DNA of 64,000 bases, taken from Octopus vulgaris (taxonomy: Eukaryota). A program made the position numbers and the translations under genes. Positions within the stretch are counted from its first letter, which is position 1; every line of letters begins with the position of its first letter. This document shows positions 1 to 14,861 of this stretch, piece after piece. Location of the stretch: positions 41,044,001-41,108,000 of the forward strand of contig OX597816.1 in NCBI GenBank assembly GCA_951406725.2, read 5' to 3'. The notes under the pieces are model-generated. The model worked only from the letters and a program-made list of their open reading frames with translations. It was not told the DNA's origin and did not search any database.

Positions 1-294
<294 letters not shown>

Positions 295-552
295 AAATAG
301 AAAGATGAATAATCTTGTAGTAGATTAATCAAAAGTTTAACCGATACCTTAGTAGCAAAAATCACAGCAGTAAACAGCACGGTTGGAGGTACAACCATAT
401 GGTGTTGCAACCGTGCGTTGGTGCGGATAATTGAAATTAAAATATTATTGGTGAATTGAAGAAATGGAGCTGAACGCAGATTGAACAGAAATCGTTTTAT
501 TTCATTCTACACGTGTTTCGAAAGGCACAATTTACCAAAGGCACAATTTACC

Positions 553-1197
<645 letters not shown>

Positions 1198-1210
1198 ATA
1201 TATATATATA

Positions 1211-1613
1211 GGTGCAGGAGTGGATGTGTGGTAAGTAGCTTGCTAACCAACCACATGGTTCCGGGTTCAGTCCCACTGCGTGGCATCTTGGGCAGGTGTC
1301 TTCTACTATGGCCTCGGGCCGACCAATGCCTTGTGAGTGGATTTGGTAGACGGAAACTGAAAGAAGCCTGTCGTATATATGTATATATATATATGTATGT
1401 GTGTATATTTGTGTGTCGGTGTTTGTCCACCTAGCATTGCTTGACAACCGATGCTGGTGTGTTTACGTCCCCGTCACTTAGCGGTTCGGCAAAAAAGATC
1501 GATAGAATAAGTACTGGGCTTACAAAGAATAAGTCCCGGGGTCGATTTGCTCGACGAAAGGCGGTGCTCCAGCATGGCCGCAGTCAAATGACTGAAACAA
1601 GTAAAAGAATAAA
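1211..1613 (+). mobile_element. Full-length tRNA-derived SINE
   Basis: A/B-box-like head, CORE-like segment, internal microsatellite, 3' end CAGCATGGCCGCAGTCAAATGACTGAAACAAGTAAAAGA; multiple copies in the window. Confidence 0.9.
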
Positions 1614-1647
1614 AGAATATATGTATGTATGTATAGGTTAATTGAAA

Positions 1648-2098
1648 TACGTTTGTCACATATTTCAGCTGCTAAAGACAAATACACTGCAGTTACCATG
1701 GAGAAAAATCTCTCTAATTGTAAAAAAGGTGTGAAAACACCAGTTCGATCAGTGTCGCCATCTGTTAAGAATCTCAGACATCAATGTTTCGAGTTTTTTT
1801 TTTTTTACTCTTGTCAATGAGATGTACCTAAGTGACGCAACTCTGAATGATCTAAAGAAAACTTGTAGCTTTATATATACTTCAGTCAATACGTTGACTG
1901 ATTTTCTCTAGTAGATAGCCCGATGGAGATAAATAACGAAACATTGGCGCAAAGCAATTTTTAGGTATGGGCACAATTTAGGTTATTTGAAATATGGTTG
2001 TCCCGTATTGCAACTGCTAAAGGCAAATACACTGCAGTTTTTCTCCATGGTAACTGCAGTGTATTTGCCTGTAGCAGTTGAAATATGTGAGAAACATG
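1648..2098. mobile_element. MITE-like element with about 60-bp terminal inverted repeats
   Basis: 1650-1708 (TCACATATTTCAGCTGCTAAAGACAAATACACTGCAGTTACCATGGAGAAAAA) is inverted at 2038-2098; a partial third copy lies at 2011-2037. Confidence 0.7.
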
Positions 2099-2203
2099 CC
2101 TGTTCTATAAAGAACTATGTTATTACAGATGTTAGTGGCAAAAATTATATTATTGTATACTACTTATATATCGTCTAGAGATTTTAAAACTACCTACTTT
2201 GCT

Positions 2204-2310
<107 letters not shown>

Positions 2311-3361
2311 GTGTGTATGTTTGTGTGTGTTTATGTGTGTGTGCATATATATATTTATGTACGTGTATATACATGTTTATATGCATAGCACGCACGTACG
2401 CACGTACATATATTTAGTTTTATTGCACCTATGTCAGCGGCGGTCTGTAGGTACGAAATAATACACATTGTTACTAGCGATATAGTTAGGCATATTGTTA
2501 TTTGCATGACTGGATCAATGATTGCGTTTGTTCATCTGTTTGCGTATATTGATTGGATGCTGTGCTTCTTATCTTTTCATTGGTTATTGAGCTTTTTCTT
2601 GTGTTCAGTGCTGGGTGACCGTATATTTAATTTGCTAATGATTTCTTTGTAATGGACTATATTTTCATATGTATGTGCGTGCAGGGTTTGTAAAGTGGTA
2701 TATGTTTTGAGAGGACGTATTTTGGAATGATCTGAAGTTTAAACCTAATTAATGTTATATCTACCTATTGTAATTCATCACCCTCGTGACTGTATCATTC
2801 AGAAGAATGGTGTCATCCAGAAGAAGCGTTATGTATTTATTCTGCCCCAAAAAAGAGAAAAAAATGTGTCCGTACTTGCGTGTAATCATTTTGTATTTCC
2901 TGTCTTTGTATGTATCTAGAATTTAGTATACTTGATATGTTTTAAAGAAATATTTCTCTGTATAACTGCGTGCGTTGGGTGAGATGATTTGACTTTGGTA
3001 TTCTCCTAGAGAACTTAGCCATCATATACTCGCACATGCACAATGTTTTCAAAGCATGAAGACAGAATTTCGTCTCTAAAGTCTCAAACATCTGTAACCA
3101 CACCAAATACACACATACATACACACCAACGAAAAGATAAAAATAAAAACTCAGATGTTTATACATTACATACATAAACCGTTACTATTAAATCATTAAC
3201 TACATATACACGTAAGCCACTCGCATCAGAACGATTCATTAAAAATATATCGACTAGCAATAGATATACCATAATTAAGTTCAAGGGGAAAAAATACAAA
3301 TAAATACTTGTACAAAGATTCACGCACGTAAACACTCACATATATTTATATATATATTAAA

Positions 3362-3948
3362 AACTAGCAGTATCGCCCGGCGTTGCTCGGGTTTGTAAGG
3401 GAAATAACTATACAGCATTTTTAGAGAGTTATAGCCAAAAAATAGCCAAAAAATGCATTAAAAATGGAAAAAATATGATGGTAATTTTGTTTTAAATCGT
3501 TGACTCATCGTAGACATTTTTAGAGAGTTACTTCCCTTTAAAAAAATATGCATGAAAATGGAAAAAAATGATGGTAAATTATTTTTAAAATCGTAGACTC
3601 ATCGTAGACGCGCGCTAATACCCAGAAGGGCTCGATATGAATCACGACTATAAGATACCCGGTTTTGGTTAAACAGCACCGCAAAATGTGGGAGTAGTTA
3701 GGAATCTAAATCGAAGGGGACAGACAGAATCCGATGTTTTCCATACAAACTCATTTAGTCAAGTACTACTCCATAGATGTATGTCTAAGTGTTTTCACAT
3801 CTAAAGCCAATCATAAAGAAACCCTCTCAAACCAACGAGCCTTGTTGTGTTAAGCTAAATCAGCTTACATATACGTACTTGGAAATAGCAAAAACACCAC
3901 CATCCATTTACAAAATATTCATATAAAACTACAGTTTTATATATTAAA
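3362..3948 (+). mobile_element. Helentron-associated non-autonomous element (HINE/DINE-1-like)
   Basis: 5' AACTAGCAGTATCGCCCGGCGTTGCTCGGG hairpin, internal direct repeats, GGACAGACAGA microsatellite and 3' CAGTTTTATATAT end typical of such elements. Confidence 0.6.
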
Positions 3949-4446
3949 AATATATTCTGTAGTTACTGACAAATAACAAATACCTATCCAAGCACTCATC
4001 CCATATCTGTACAATTATCGTCCCAGACATAAAAACAAGTATAACCTCTCATCAACACTTACGCGCTCCACTTGTACACATACAAAAGTATCAACCATAC
4101 AAAATTCTAAAGTGTTACAAGCGGAGGAAATACAAAGCATCCATACATACATAGGCATACAAAAAAAAACATACGCACAGGTGCACATACACACACATGC
4201 ACACACAAATAACCTTTTCAACACGAAATACAAAATTCAACCACAATGTCAAAATCCGAAGTTTTCCATACAAACTCATTTAGTCAAGTACTACTCCATA
4301 GATGTATGTCTAAGTGGTTTCACATCTAAAGCCAATCATAATCAAACTCTCTCAAATCAATGAGCTTTGTTGTGTTAAGCTAAATCAGCTTACATATACG
4401 TACTTGGAAATAGCAAAAACACCACCATCCATTTGCAAAATATTCA
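3728..4446 (+). repeat. About 194-bp direct duplication (3728-3921 vs 4253-4446)
   Basis: AATCCGA.GTTTTCCATACAAACTCATTTAG...CCATTT.CAAAATATTCA occurs twice with a few mismatches. Confidence 0.9.
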
Positions 4447-5849
4447 TTAACATTCATATAAAGGCTCCCCTATTAAAAATTACAACAAATAGAAACTCCG
4501 TATCACGAAAAAGCAAAACGGAATCACCAAAAGAGAGTATCTGAAAATCATTATCTAAACAACAAAAGCAGAATACATTAGGGAAATAACAGAAGCACTA
4601 GATAACACTTGCAAAAGAAATTACAAAGTACAAACATAACATCTCACATAAAAGTAACCGAAGGAATCATTGAAGAGAGCAGAACAGTAGGTTTCAATCA
4701 ATAAAAGAGAAGCACAAAGCAGTGAAGAAAAACAAGTTCTAGTCTACATGCATATTAAATACCGTATAGATACACAATACGAATCATAAGTTGTTTCAAG
4801 ACCGCAGTTGCGAGTGATACGTTTCGCAAAATAAACGATATAGTTAGACGCATATCATCTGCATCAATTGGGCACTGCGCCGCTCATTCTTCGAAAATAA
4901 ATCAAGGTACGTCATACGGATATGTACAGTAGAGACTTACCTCCCTTTACCTGTCCTTAATTTAGTGGTTTAGTGGCTTTAGTGTTAATTTAACTCTTAT
5001 TTTTAGCATGAGCGGTGCTGGCCACCACCTTCCGCCACTTTTCTGTCTGCTTTTTATTTTGCCTTTCGCTATCGAAAAAATGTAAAAGTGTATCTCTTCT
5101 CTGTCTATCTCTCTCCCCCTCTTGTTCTTCATCCTTTCTGCTTTTCTCTCCCACCTTTCCCTATTCTTTTCCTCTCCTCTTCACCGTTCCCTTTCTCTCT
5201 CTCGCTCCTCCTCCTCGACTCTCTCATCACTGACACGTGATGAGAGGGAATCTATCTTTTCGATTACTACCTTCACAAAGACTAAACGGGCTTATCCTGT
5301 CTCTGCATAAGCTCATCTCCTTAAACGTTCTGAATAATATTTCCATCGTCTTGCCTTAACAACCCTCATCGTTTGTTTTTACTGTTTTGTTCTCATTGTT
5401 CTGTATTTTACTGTTTTTTTTTATTGTTTTTACTGTTTTGTTCTCACTGTCCTGTTCTTGTTACCACTTTCACTCTCCGTAAAAAAATTTCCAAATTTTA
5501 TTTGTCGCTTCTTGTACTTACCTTCAGAATGGCGGCATGGATGAAACAGGGACACAACTGATGAAGGGGAATATTCTTTATGTTGTATGTATCGTTTCTC
5601 TGTTTTTTTTCGTCGTTTGAAAAAAATTTCGTTTCAATGTTTTTGCTTTTATATTTTCGTTTCTCATTGTGTTCAACTTTTTTTTTATATCCTGTACCCA
5701 TACATGTACGTATATATACATATATATGTACGTATATGTACGTATATACATGTATATACATATATATGAAAGTATATGTACGTTTATATACATATATATG
5801 TTGGTATGCACATATATGTATGCATATATGCCTATATTTATATATTATT

Positions 5850-5884
<35 letters not shown>

Positions 5885-5888
<4 letters not shown>

Positions 5889-6102
5889 ATCCAAACAAGA
5901 AAACACAAAAAAACCCCAAAAAACCCAACAACGCGAGGACGTGGAACAAATAAAGTATTATTGGACGCTCAGGAAAGAAGGGAAGGAGTGTTTAATGTTT
6001 CGAGCGGAGCTCTTCGTCGGAAACATAGGAGAAGGAAAAATCCCGAGAAGGGAAGACAGAGGAAAAAATCGCCAGCGGTACTCACGAGGTCACATATTGA
6101 AA
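5885..6102 (-). mobile_element. About 220-nt non-coding element with minimal HHR (family B); second copy at 15947-16162
   Basis: Two homologous copies in opposite orientation, each abutting (TA)n. Confidence 0.8.
5990..6024 (-). ncRNA. Minimal hammerhead variant (U4C, extra A after A9)
   Basis: Minus strand GUUU-CCGACGA-A-GAGC UCC GCUC-GAA-ACAU-U-AAAC; helix III has a G>A change relative to the 16026 copy. Confidence 0.65.
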
Positions 6103-6109
6103 GGCAGAA

Positions 6110-6211
<102 letters not shown>

Positions 6212-6499
6212 TTGTGTGTCTGTATTTAAAAAAAACGTCGGAATATGTACTAAGCTTACAAAGAATGGGTCCTGGGGCTGATTTGTTCGACTGAGCTCGG
6301 TACTCCAACATGGCCGCAGTCAAATTTTGAAACAAATAAAAGAATATAAGAATATGTATATAAAAATTATAAATATGCACGCACATATATCTTAATAACA
6401 TATACATACACACACACATGCATACAAACACATATATATTTATAATATATATTCTGTTAATCTTTTACACGCTTCAGTCCTAAGGCTTTGGCCACGCTG

Positions 6500-7236
6500 G
6501 AGCACTGCCAGTGTAATCATCGTTCCAATGGCCAGTCTCATATCATTAGTTTTTAGTTAAGGAAGGATTCCGACAATGCTGCCGACTTTTAAATTTTTCT
6601 GCCTTGATAGCAGTTCATATGTGACCTTGGTTATCCGGAGTTCAACTACTCCTACTCCACGAAGATCCCTCAGATGTTTTGTTATTACGTTAAATAGCTT
6701 TGGAAGCTTGAATCCCAAGCTGCTGCAGTACATGACCCTCATTCTAGATGGGATAGCTGGGAACAGTGCAGTGACGTCTTGTTCGGGTGCTGGCATAGCC
6801 TTCGATACCAAAGTTTGGTGCCAGCCCTTCTTGGATCTTCCATTCGTATATTACTGCATACCTCTCCCTGCAATCTACCTGATGTAGCACCGCTGAACTG
6901 ACCGAAGGTCTGCTATCGACTTGACACAGTAGGGTTATTAGATTTGAGAGCAGTAGTCCAGGCACTTGAATACCAATGATCTCCATAGAAACAGCATGGT
7001 AATTTATTTTGAAGGTTCTCAGAATCCATCCTGGTATATTGATGATATGTACATGAAACGTTGCTCATATCAATCCCCAGATCACGCACTGTATGTGGCT
7101 CTGGGATGGCCACTACTTTTAATCGAAATTATTTTGTTGCAGTCTGTGAGTAGCAGAAGGCGAGAAATTTACCTGCATTAAATTGCATGTTGTTTACTTT
7201 GGCTGATTTATATATGGCATCAATGTCTTTCTGTAG

Positions 7237-7240
<4 letters not shown>
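6500..7240 (-). pseudogene. Degenerate CR1/L2-group LINE ORF2 3' fragment
   Basis: Peptides LQKDIDAIYKSAKVNNMQFNAGKF, VRDLGIDMSN, RERYAVIYEWKIQEGLAPNFGI, SLGFKLPKLFN spread across frames. Confidence 0.75.
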
Positions 7241-7284
<44 letters not shown>

Positions 7285-7390
7285 CAATAATAAATCTCTG
7301 TATCTACAGTAGCTGCACGACATCGTAAAGTATATTCATCATTTAAATGTGGCTAACCCTTATGGGAAGATGCTACTGTAGCTTGTAGCC

Positions 7391-7463
<73 letters not shown>

Positions 7464-7567
7464 GGTCCCGGGTTGATTCGGGGTTAACCACAGTAAATAA
7501 GGTACTCAATACATAGCAGAGTAAAATTAATTTATTATATGAGCATTTATTAAATAGATGAATATAG

Positions 7568-7661
<94 letters not shown>

Positions 7662-7704
7662 ATTATACTGCGGAATGAAACAGTTCTAGTCCTGTAGAAG
7701 CTCC

Positions 7705-7764
<60 letters not shown>

Positions 7765-7939
7765 ACATGTATGTATTTATGTATGTATGCATGTATGTAT
7801 GTATGTATGTATGTATGTTTGTATGTATGTGTGTCTGTGTGTCTGTGTACATGCACTGAACTTTCGGTAACAGCCATTCAATGTTGTGCCACATCTTAAC
7901 CGGCTTCCAACGACTTATATAAATATGAGAATATAGCCG

Positions 7940-8296
7940 TAGGCATAGCTGTGTGCGTGGTAAGAAGTTCGCGGGTTCTGTCCTACTGCGTGACATCTTG
8001 AGTAAGTGTCTTCTACTATGGTCTCGGGCCGACCAAAGCCTTGTGAGATGATATGGTAAACGGAAACTGAAAGATACCCGTTGTATCGTATGTATGTGTG
8101 TGTTTGTGTGTTTTTTGTGTTTGTGTTTGTCACCCACCACCACTTGACAACTGCTGTTGGTGTGTTTCAGTCCCCGTATCGTAGAGGTTCATCAAAAGAG
8201 CTTTAATAGAATTAGGGTGAGGCTTAAAAAATATTCATTCGATTCATTCAACTAAAAATTCTGCAAGACAGTGTCCCAACATAGCCGCAGTATAAT

Positions 8297-8300
<4 letters not shown>
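7940..8300 (+). mobile_element. Diverged tRNA-derived SINE copy
   Basis: Homologous to 1211-1613. Confidence 0.8.
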
Positions 8301-8372
<72 letters not shown>

Positions 8373-8671
8373 CTATATTCATCTATTTAATAAATGCTCA
8401 TTTTCTTTCAGTTCGTTGCTACTCTCTGCCACTGTTTCAGGTTATTCGCAGAAATAATCTTATAAAATTTATATAATCATTGATTACTTGTTTCCCGCTC
8501 TACCAACGTATCAGAAATATATTGGCATATACTTATAAAACAGTACACACATACGGTCATATTTATACGATGTACCAACACATATATTGATGTGTGTGTG
8601 TATGTAAATATGATGCATCAACATATCTATTGCATGTGTGTATATATATATACACGCATATATATTTATAT

Positions 8672-8722
<51 letters not shown>

Positions 8723-8787
8723 TTCATACTTAGATACATACACACATATGTGCATATATACATATATATATAAATACATCTATAGGC

Positions 8788-8850
<63 letters not shown>

Positions 8851-9910
8851 AGTATGTATGTATGTAAATAAATGCACATATTTCAATGCGCACATAACTA
8901 CATATATATCAATACACGCGTACATGTACATCAACACACACTTACATATATATATACATCCAATATATTAAAGTTGTATGTTTATGAGTAAATAATCGGT
9001 CGGTTCAAGTAGAATAGATATTAAAAGATTCAAAGACTTGTAGTTTCGAAGTTAAAAGTTTTATATAAATATTGTCTGCTAACTTATGTGTTGAGAGTTA
9101 TTCAATTATCACTGCTTCGTCTATATTGTAATGATGTAAGTAATATTTAGTTCTCATGGATTTTCAAATATCAAAGCATTGCATTATCTATTAAATTACC
9201 GAACATTTGCTACATTCCGTGTTCATTTAAATATAAAAACATTTATCCATACACGCTTACATTCTTATACATAGAAAGAAGTAGAGACGCATATATTTTC
9301 GAGATAAATGTATAGTATGTGTGGAAGTTTTTGTATGTATCCGTGTATTTAGTTATGAATAGAAACTGGCTGTCATGTAATTAACTTACAAACGCATCTA
9401 TTGTGATTGAATAAACATTAAGTAAAAATTTGATTTTATACTTTAGGCAATATTGGTATATAGAAGTAAGTGTGTAACCATGCACTGTAATACTTACATA
9501 ATTCATACATTCCTGCATTCACAAATACATACATACACATAAATATTCTATATATTGGATATATGTGTATGTATACTATGTATATAACGATGTTTGTGTG
9601 TACCTGTATGCATATGAAATGTATTTACACATATACACATACGTTTGAATTATGCATATATGCCCACATAAATATCCATATATGTGTATATCCACGCACA
9701 TTGATACACATACCTGCTTACACACTAAAAAAGATGGGTGTATGTACACATTGTATATGTATATAAGTGTATATTTAAACCACAAGCTTTCCCATCATAT
9801 CCACACGCAGGTTCTCATACGCTCAAATACATATATAAAAGCATGTATATATATATTTATACATGTAAATAAGTATATCCTATGTGTCTGTCTGTCTGTG
9901 TGTCTGTTTG

Positions 9911-9981
<71 letters not shown>

Positions 9982-10039
9982 GTATATATATATGTATGTA
10001 CACACACACATACACATATATAGAAATATATATCCCCGT

Positions 10040-10078
<39 letters not shown>

Positions 10079-13000
10079 AATGCATATCATATACATATAT
10101 GCATATAAATACATACATAAATATAGATGTATACACGCATGTACTTACATTTATATATATGCACAGACTAAACATATATTTTCATACACACACATACGCA
10201 CAAGCATATATATATATATATATGAATGTATATATTGCTGTATTCTTAAGAAATTCAATAAAGTCAGCGGATGAGATTTGGATGATGCCATATTAATATT
10301 GTTTACCTTCCCTGCACTTTATGTGCGCAAGTAATCTTAGTAATTCTGGAACGAAGAAATTTTTATTTATTTATATTATTCTATACGTTTATTCCGATCA
10401 GATATATATATCTAAATAAAACGAAAAATCAGAGATGTACGAATATTTTATACGATATAGACAGTTCGTATGTTTGTATATGCTGTTTGTACACTCACTG
10501 GATGCAAGTGTCGTCCACGCGTCATCAATTGAAGTAATTGGCATATGATGTAATTCCAATGTAACGTTACACCTGGCTGATACATGTGTCTGCGTTACAG
10601 GAATTTGAACCCATCCTAAATTTTAAAGTACTAAATCTGAATTCTTTCAAGCAAGCATCGATATTTATTCATAAACATGTTTATAGAAAGGTTTCGCAAG
10701 ATATTTTGGCTGGTGTCCTGTTAAAAAAAACCCATTTAGTTGTGTGTATAGAGAAATATTTTCGTATAATTGTCACTCATATAAATGTGTCAAGGCATGC
10801 AAGGCAGGAGTCAACTTATGTGCAATCTCAAACGAACTACATCATTTAATAATTTTCTACTTTTTTATATATTGATTGTTGACCTACTCAAACTAGAATA
10901 AGTAATGATATAATCTATGCAGAAACTAATGTAATACAAAAGATTTAGTGCAGGTACAATATATATTTTGATAAGAAAACTATAACGATATAAAGTTATA
11001 GGATTACAGAATTTATCATTTGGGACGGAAACAGCAAAAATTAAAACGTTATAACTGAGAGGGACGAAAGACTTTCAATAAAAGCTTGTGAATACATACA
11101 CGCCAAAATATATTAACGCTTCAGAACGACCAATGTGCTTGTGTGTCTGTGTATGTGTGCATGTATGTGTATACGTGTATGTGTGTATATGTATATATGT
11201 GTGTGTATGGGTGTGTCTGCATCTATCTCTGTCTATACTTACATATATTCTAACGCGGTAGTGATGACAGATATGTATTAAGGGTAAGCTAAAACTGGAG
11301 TGTTTTTATAAAAAGTTCAAAATATATACATCAGGCTCACTAAATGCGATAGAAATATATGCTAGGTGAAATTATCTACTTTGTGACCATTCATAACATA
11401 TTCCTTGCTTTCTTTCTGATTTTCTATCTCTTGTTCTACATACACATACATACATACATGCATGCATACATACATACATACATACATACATACATACATA
11501 CATACATACATACATACATACATACATACATACATACATACATAAGAAAATTGAAGAGTAAGAGGAAATCTACAGACAAGTGCTTTTGAATTAGCAGTTT
11601 TTATATGCAGACTATATTCACATTTATAGCAATAATAATATCCTAGTTATTCTGGTTTCTAACTAAATGCCTATGTAGAAATCCGGACGATCTCATTAAA
11701 CAACCAGCTACTTCGCACATTAAAAATTTAGACTATTAAAAGAACCGAACAGATACAAGGCTTTTCTCAAATTAAACAGGGATTTTTTTTCCTCAAGGTT
11801 AGGACCTTGTATCTTTGTTGTAAACTAGCACTTTCCCTACAGCAAGATTTTAAAGAATTGAAAATAAAAGGGAGAAATACTATTTTCGTATTATCCATTT
11901 TTCATTCAAAGTGTCCTAGCAGTTGTAAATAACGCTATTTCGCCCTTCTTATGACCACCTCAGTACAACATAACTTGGGTTTTATTCAATTAGTTTGGCT
12001 GTGTTCCTTTGTGGGTTAAAGTTCTGATAGTGTAAACTATCAGGGCAATGTAAGTATCAGTACTTCAACCTACATGGATTTATGCAGGATTGCACAAATG
12101 GATTTATTTCTATAAGACCAGAACGTTGAACTGTGAACTGTTATGCTTCTTTTTTCTTCTCCTTCATCTCCTTATTCCTTTACTCCTGTACTCTTTCTCA
12201 TCATTTCATTAATCTATACTCTTCTCATTTTCCGCATTTGTCTCCGATGACGGAATGTCTCATACTCTGGGATATCCCAGAAACAGCTGTAAGACTTTGA
12301 ATCTTTTTCCAATAATAATAATGTATATGGTTCGAGATGTTTGCCATGCTATGTGCGTATATTATGTACATATACATGTGTGTACCTGCGTATATAAGTC
12401 CTTATACATATATATGTATATATTCTTCCATACGTGTGCGTATGCGGGTGTTTCTACTTGTATGTATATGTCCATGTACTTGGATGTGCGAGTGTAAGCG
12501 CGTGTATATATGAGTGTGTATATACACACCCACTCACCCACACACATACAATTTGTATATAGTTAATTCGAGGAAGTTAAGTCCTCATTAGGGATTCTAT
12601 AATCCAAGGTATTCCACTGGTTCAGTCCATACCATATAATGGTAAAATCATCTGTATATGTCTAGGATTATTGATATTTTGAATATTGAGGGAAAAAGAA
12701 GAAACTGGAGAATAAATGGATGTTTTTATTTGTAATTTTATTTGTAATTTTATTTATATTTTTTCCTTATAATTTAAAAAATTTTTGTTTGTATAATTTA
12801 ATAAAAAAAACGTCATCTTTCTACATGCAAATATATCAGTATTACATCCATATATTCTTTATTTTATTCTCCTTGTCCCCTCTCTATATACATACATGCT
12901 GTAGAAGTACAATTACAAATTTTAGTCAAACGCTAAATCAAAAATATTTCCATCATCTTAATCAACGCGACCACAATGTTCTCTCCCATAGACAAGAAGA

Positions 13001-13379
13001 GTATTTCTACGAAATATGAGAAGTAGTTTTAACTTCCATTTTATATTTTCTTAGGTCATTAACAAACGAATTGTAATTTTCTCATTGTTTAGCTATTAAC
13101 AATGGAAGTAAACCTGAGGAACTATGAAAAGAAGTCACTAAAGTATTTGCAAACATAAGAATTGTGAGACAATTTGTAAGAATGTAACTTTAGTTCGTAA
13201 TTAAAACATGTTCTATTATTTCGATCACGCTAGTAACAAATTCATTACATTATAAAATTGATAGATCGACAAATATTTGTAGCTAAAAATAACATAAATT
13301 GACCGCTGGTGCTATGGCAGTAGATATCGGCTATATACAGTTAATTATTAAACAACGTCCTTGCCAGAAATAATTATTT

Positions 13380-14130
13380 CTAATTTCAGCATAAGCCACC
13401 AGCATTGTGGGGAGGAGAAAGTTGATTATATTGACACAGGTAGTTGGTTCCAAAGGTATTTGAACTCAGAAATTAAAGATCCGTAAGAAAATCTGCTAAC
13501 ACTTTAGCCGATAATATTTTAACGATTCTGTCAGATCACTGCATTCCTTGCCAGGAATAATATTTCAGCTATAGACGAGAGGCTTGGGAGTTTCGGGGAA
13601 GGTACTAAGTCAAATACATTGACCTCAATGCTCAACTGATATTGTACTATAGAGCCTGAAAGAGTAACAATCAGTCAAAGTCGGCCGAATTTGAACTCAA
13701 AATGTCAAGATGGACGGATTGCCGCTAAACGTTTGCGTCTCAAATTTTGGAACAGTCAGCAATGTTAGGGAGCGTGTAGTCGATTACTGCGATTCCAGAG
13801 GTCAACAGGTATTTCATCTTATTGATGTAGAAAAAATGAAAGTCAAAATTGGCCACGGTGGTGTTTGAACTGAGAATGTAAAGAGCCGTGTCAGATTCCA
13901 ATTTGCAATTTTCGCGACTTCGCCGTCGTTCTTAAGAATAATTACTTTATACTATGGGCACAAGGCCTGAAAGTTTGGAGGATCGGGTTATTACATGAAA
14001 CAAATGATCGACTGGTACGCGTTTTATTGTTTCTGATTGGATGAAATGTAACGTCGGCTTCGGTGGAATTTAAATAAGAAGGTAAATATTAATAAAATAC
14101 TACTAAGTATATTTTCTGACATTCTAATGA
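13380..14130 (+). mobile_element. Cluster of highly degenerate SINE fragments (family of 26250-27000, opposite orientation)
   Basis: Repeated remnants such as GAATTTGAACTCA, AAAGTCGGC and GTCGATTAC. Confidence 0.5.
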
Positions 14131-14517
14131 TTCTACCAGCATGTAGCTTTATTAGTCGCTCGTAGTACTTGAAAATTAGTAGTCGTACATTCTAACTTTT
14201 AGGAATATATATTTTTTTCTTTTTTTGGAATTTGAAGTCGCTCACATTCGAAACCTAACTGTATAACGGCATTTGTTGCAGGCAGCGTCATCATTTTTGA
14301 TGACGGTACCAAGTAACAAGCAGTAGACCAGTGTAGTAAAACAAAAGTTTTGAGATATAGAGATAAGCGGCCGATAATAGGTTTTAGAGTTTTGTCGTGG
14401 AAGTAAGGGTCGTAAATCACTTCCTAGTTTCGGCGGGAGACGTTGAAATTTGATATTGTTGTAATGAGTGGTCAGTCTACACCTATCCATCACTACAGGT
14501 TTATAGCTTTAAGTTTA

Positions 14518-14558
<41 letters not shown>

Positions 14559-14624
14559 CGTGTGTGCGTGCATATACACACATACATACATACATACACA
14601 CATGCGTACGTACGTACATGCATA

Positions 14625-14861
14625 TATATAACGAACTAACTGTTACTTTCTCAGATGCAACACGGATTTTTGTCAGTGAACAGGTCGCGGTCTTAAAGCG
14701 ACGAAAATATTTTGACAAATTAAACTTAAATGTTGAAGTGAATCGAACGGCTTTTGTGTGTTTCTTAAATGGCTTACAAACACCTTCCACGCTGCAATTG
14801 TTTTCGTTTCAGCACACGATCTCAGATCAAATCACTTGCTATGCAAGTACATCTCCGTAAA
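14625..14861 (+). mobile_element. Small non-coding HHR element (family C); homologous to 47710-47901
   Basis: Both copies end at GCAAGTACATCTCCGTAAA. Confidence 0.8.
14669..14719 (+). ncRNA. Hammerhead variant with compensatory G3-C8 swap
   Basis: UUUGUCA-GUGAACA-G-GUCGC(loop)GCGAC-GAA-AAUAUU-U-UGACAAA; 7-bp helix I, palindromic helix III. Confidence 0.8.

Noticed and set aside
1211-1285. tRNA gene
   Set aside because: It is a tRNA-like SINE head continuing into a conserved SINE body, without a proper cloverleaf.
4925-4955. Minus-strand GAG|GTAAGT splice donor
   Set aside because: No supportable exon upstream; an isolated consensus match.
5553-5590. ACAA-CTGATGA-AGGGG AATA TTCTTT..TTGT, HHR-like 5' half
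   Set aside because: No GAAA box or helix III follows; at best a decayed motif.
12560-12600. Minus-strand CTAATGA-GGA..TCC-TCGAA
   Set aside because: Several core deviations and no helix I or III support.
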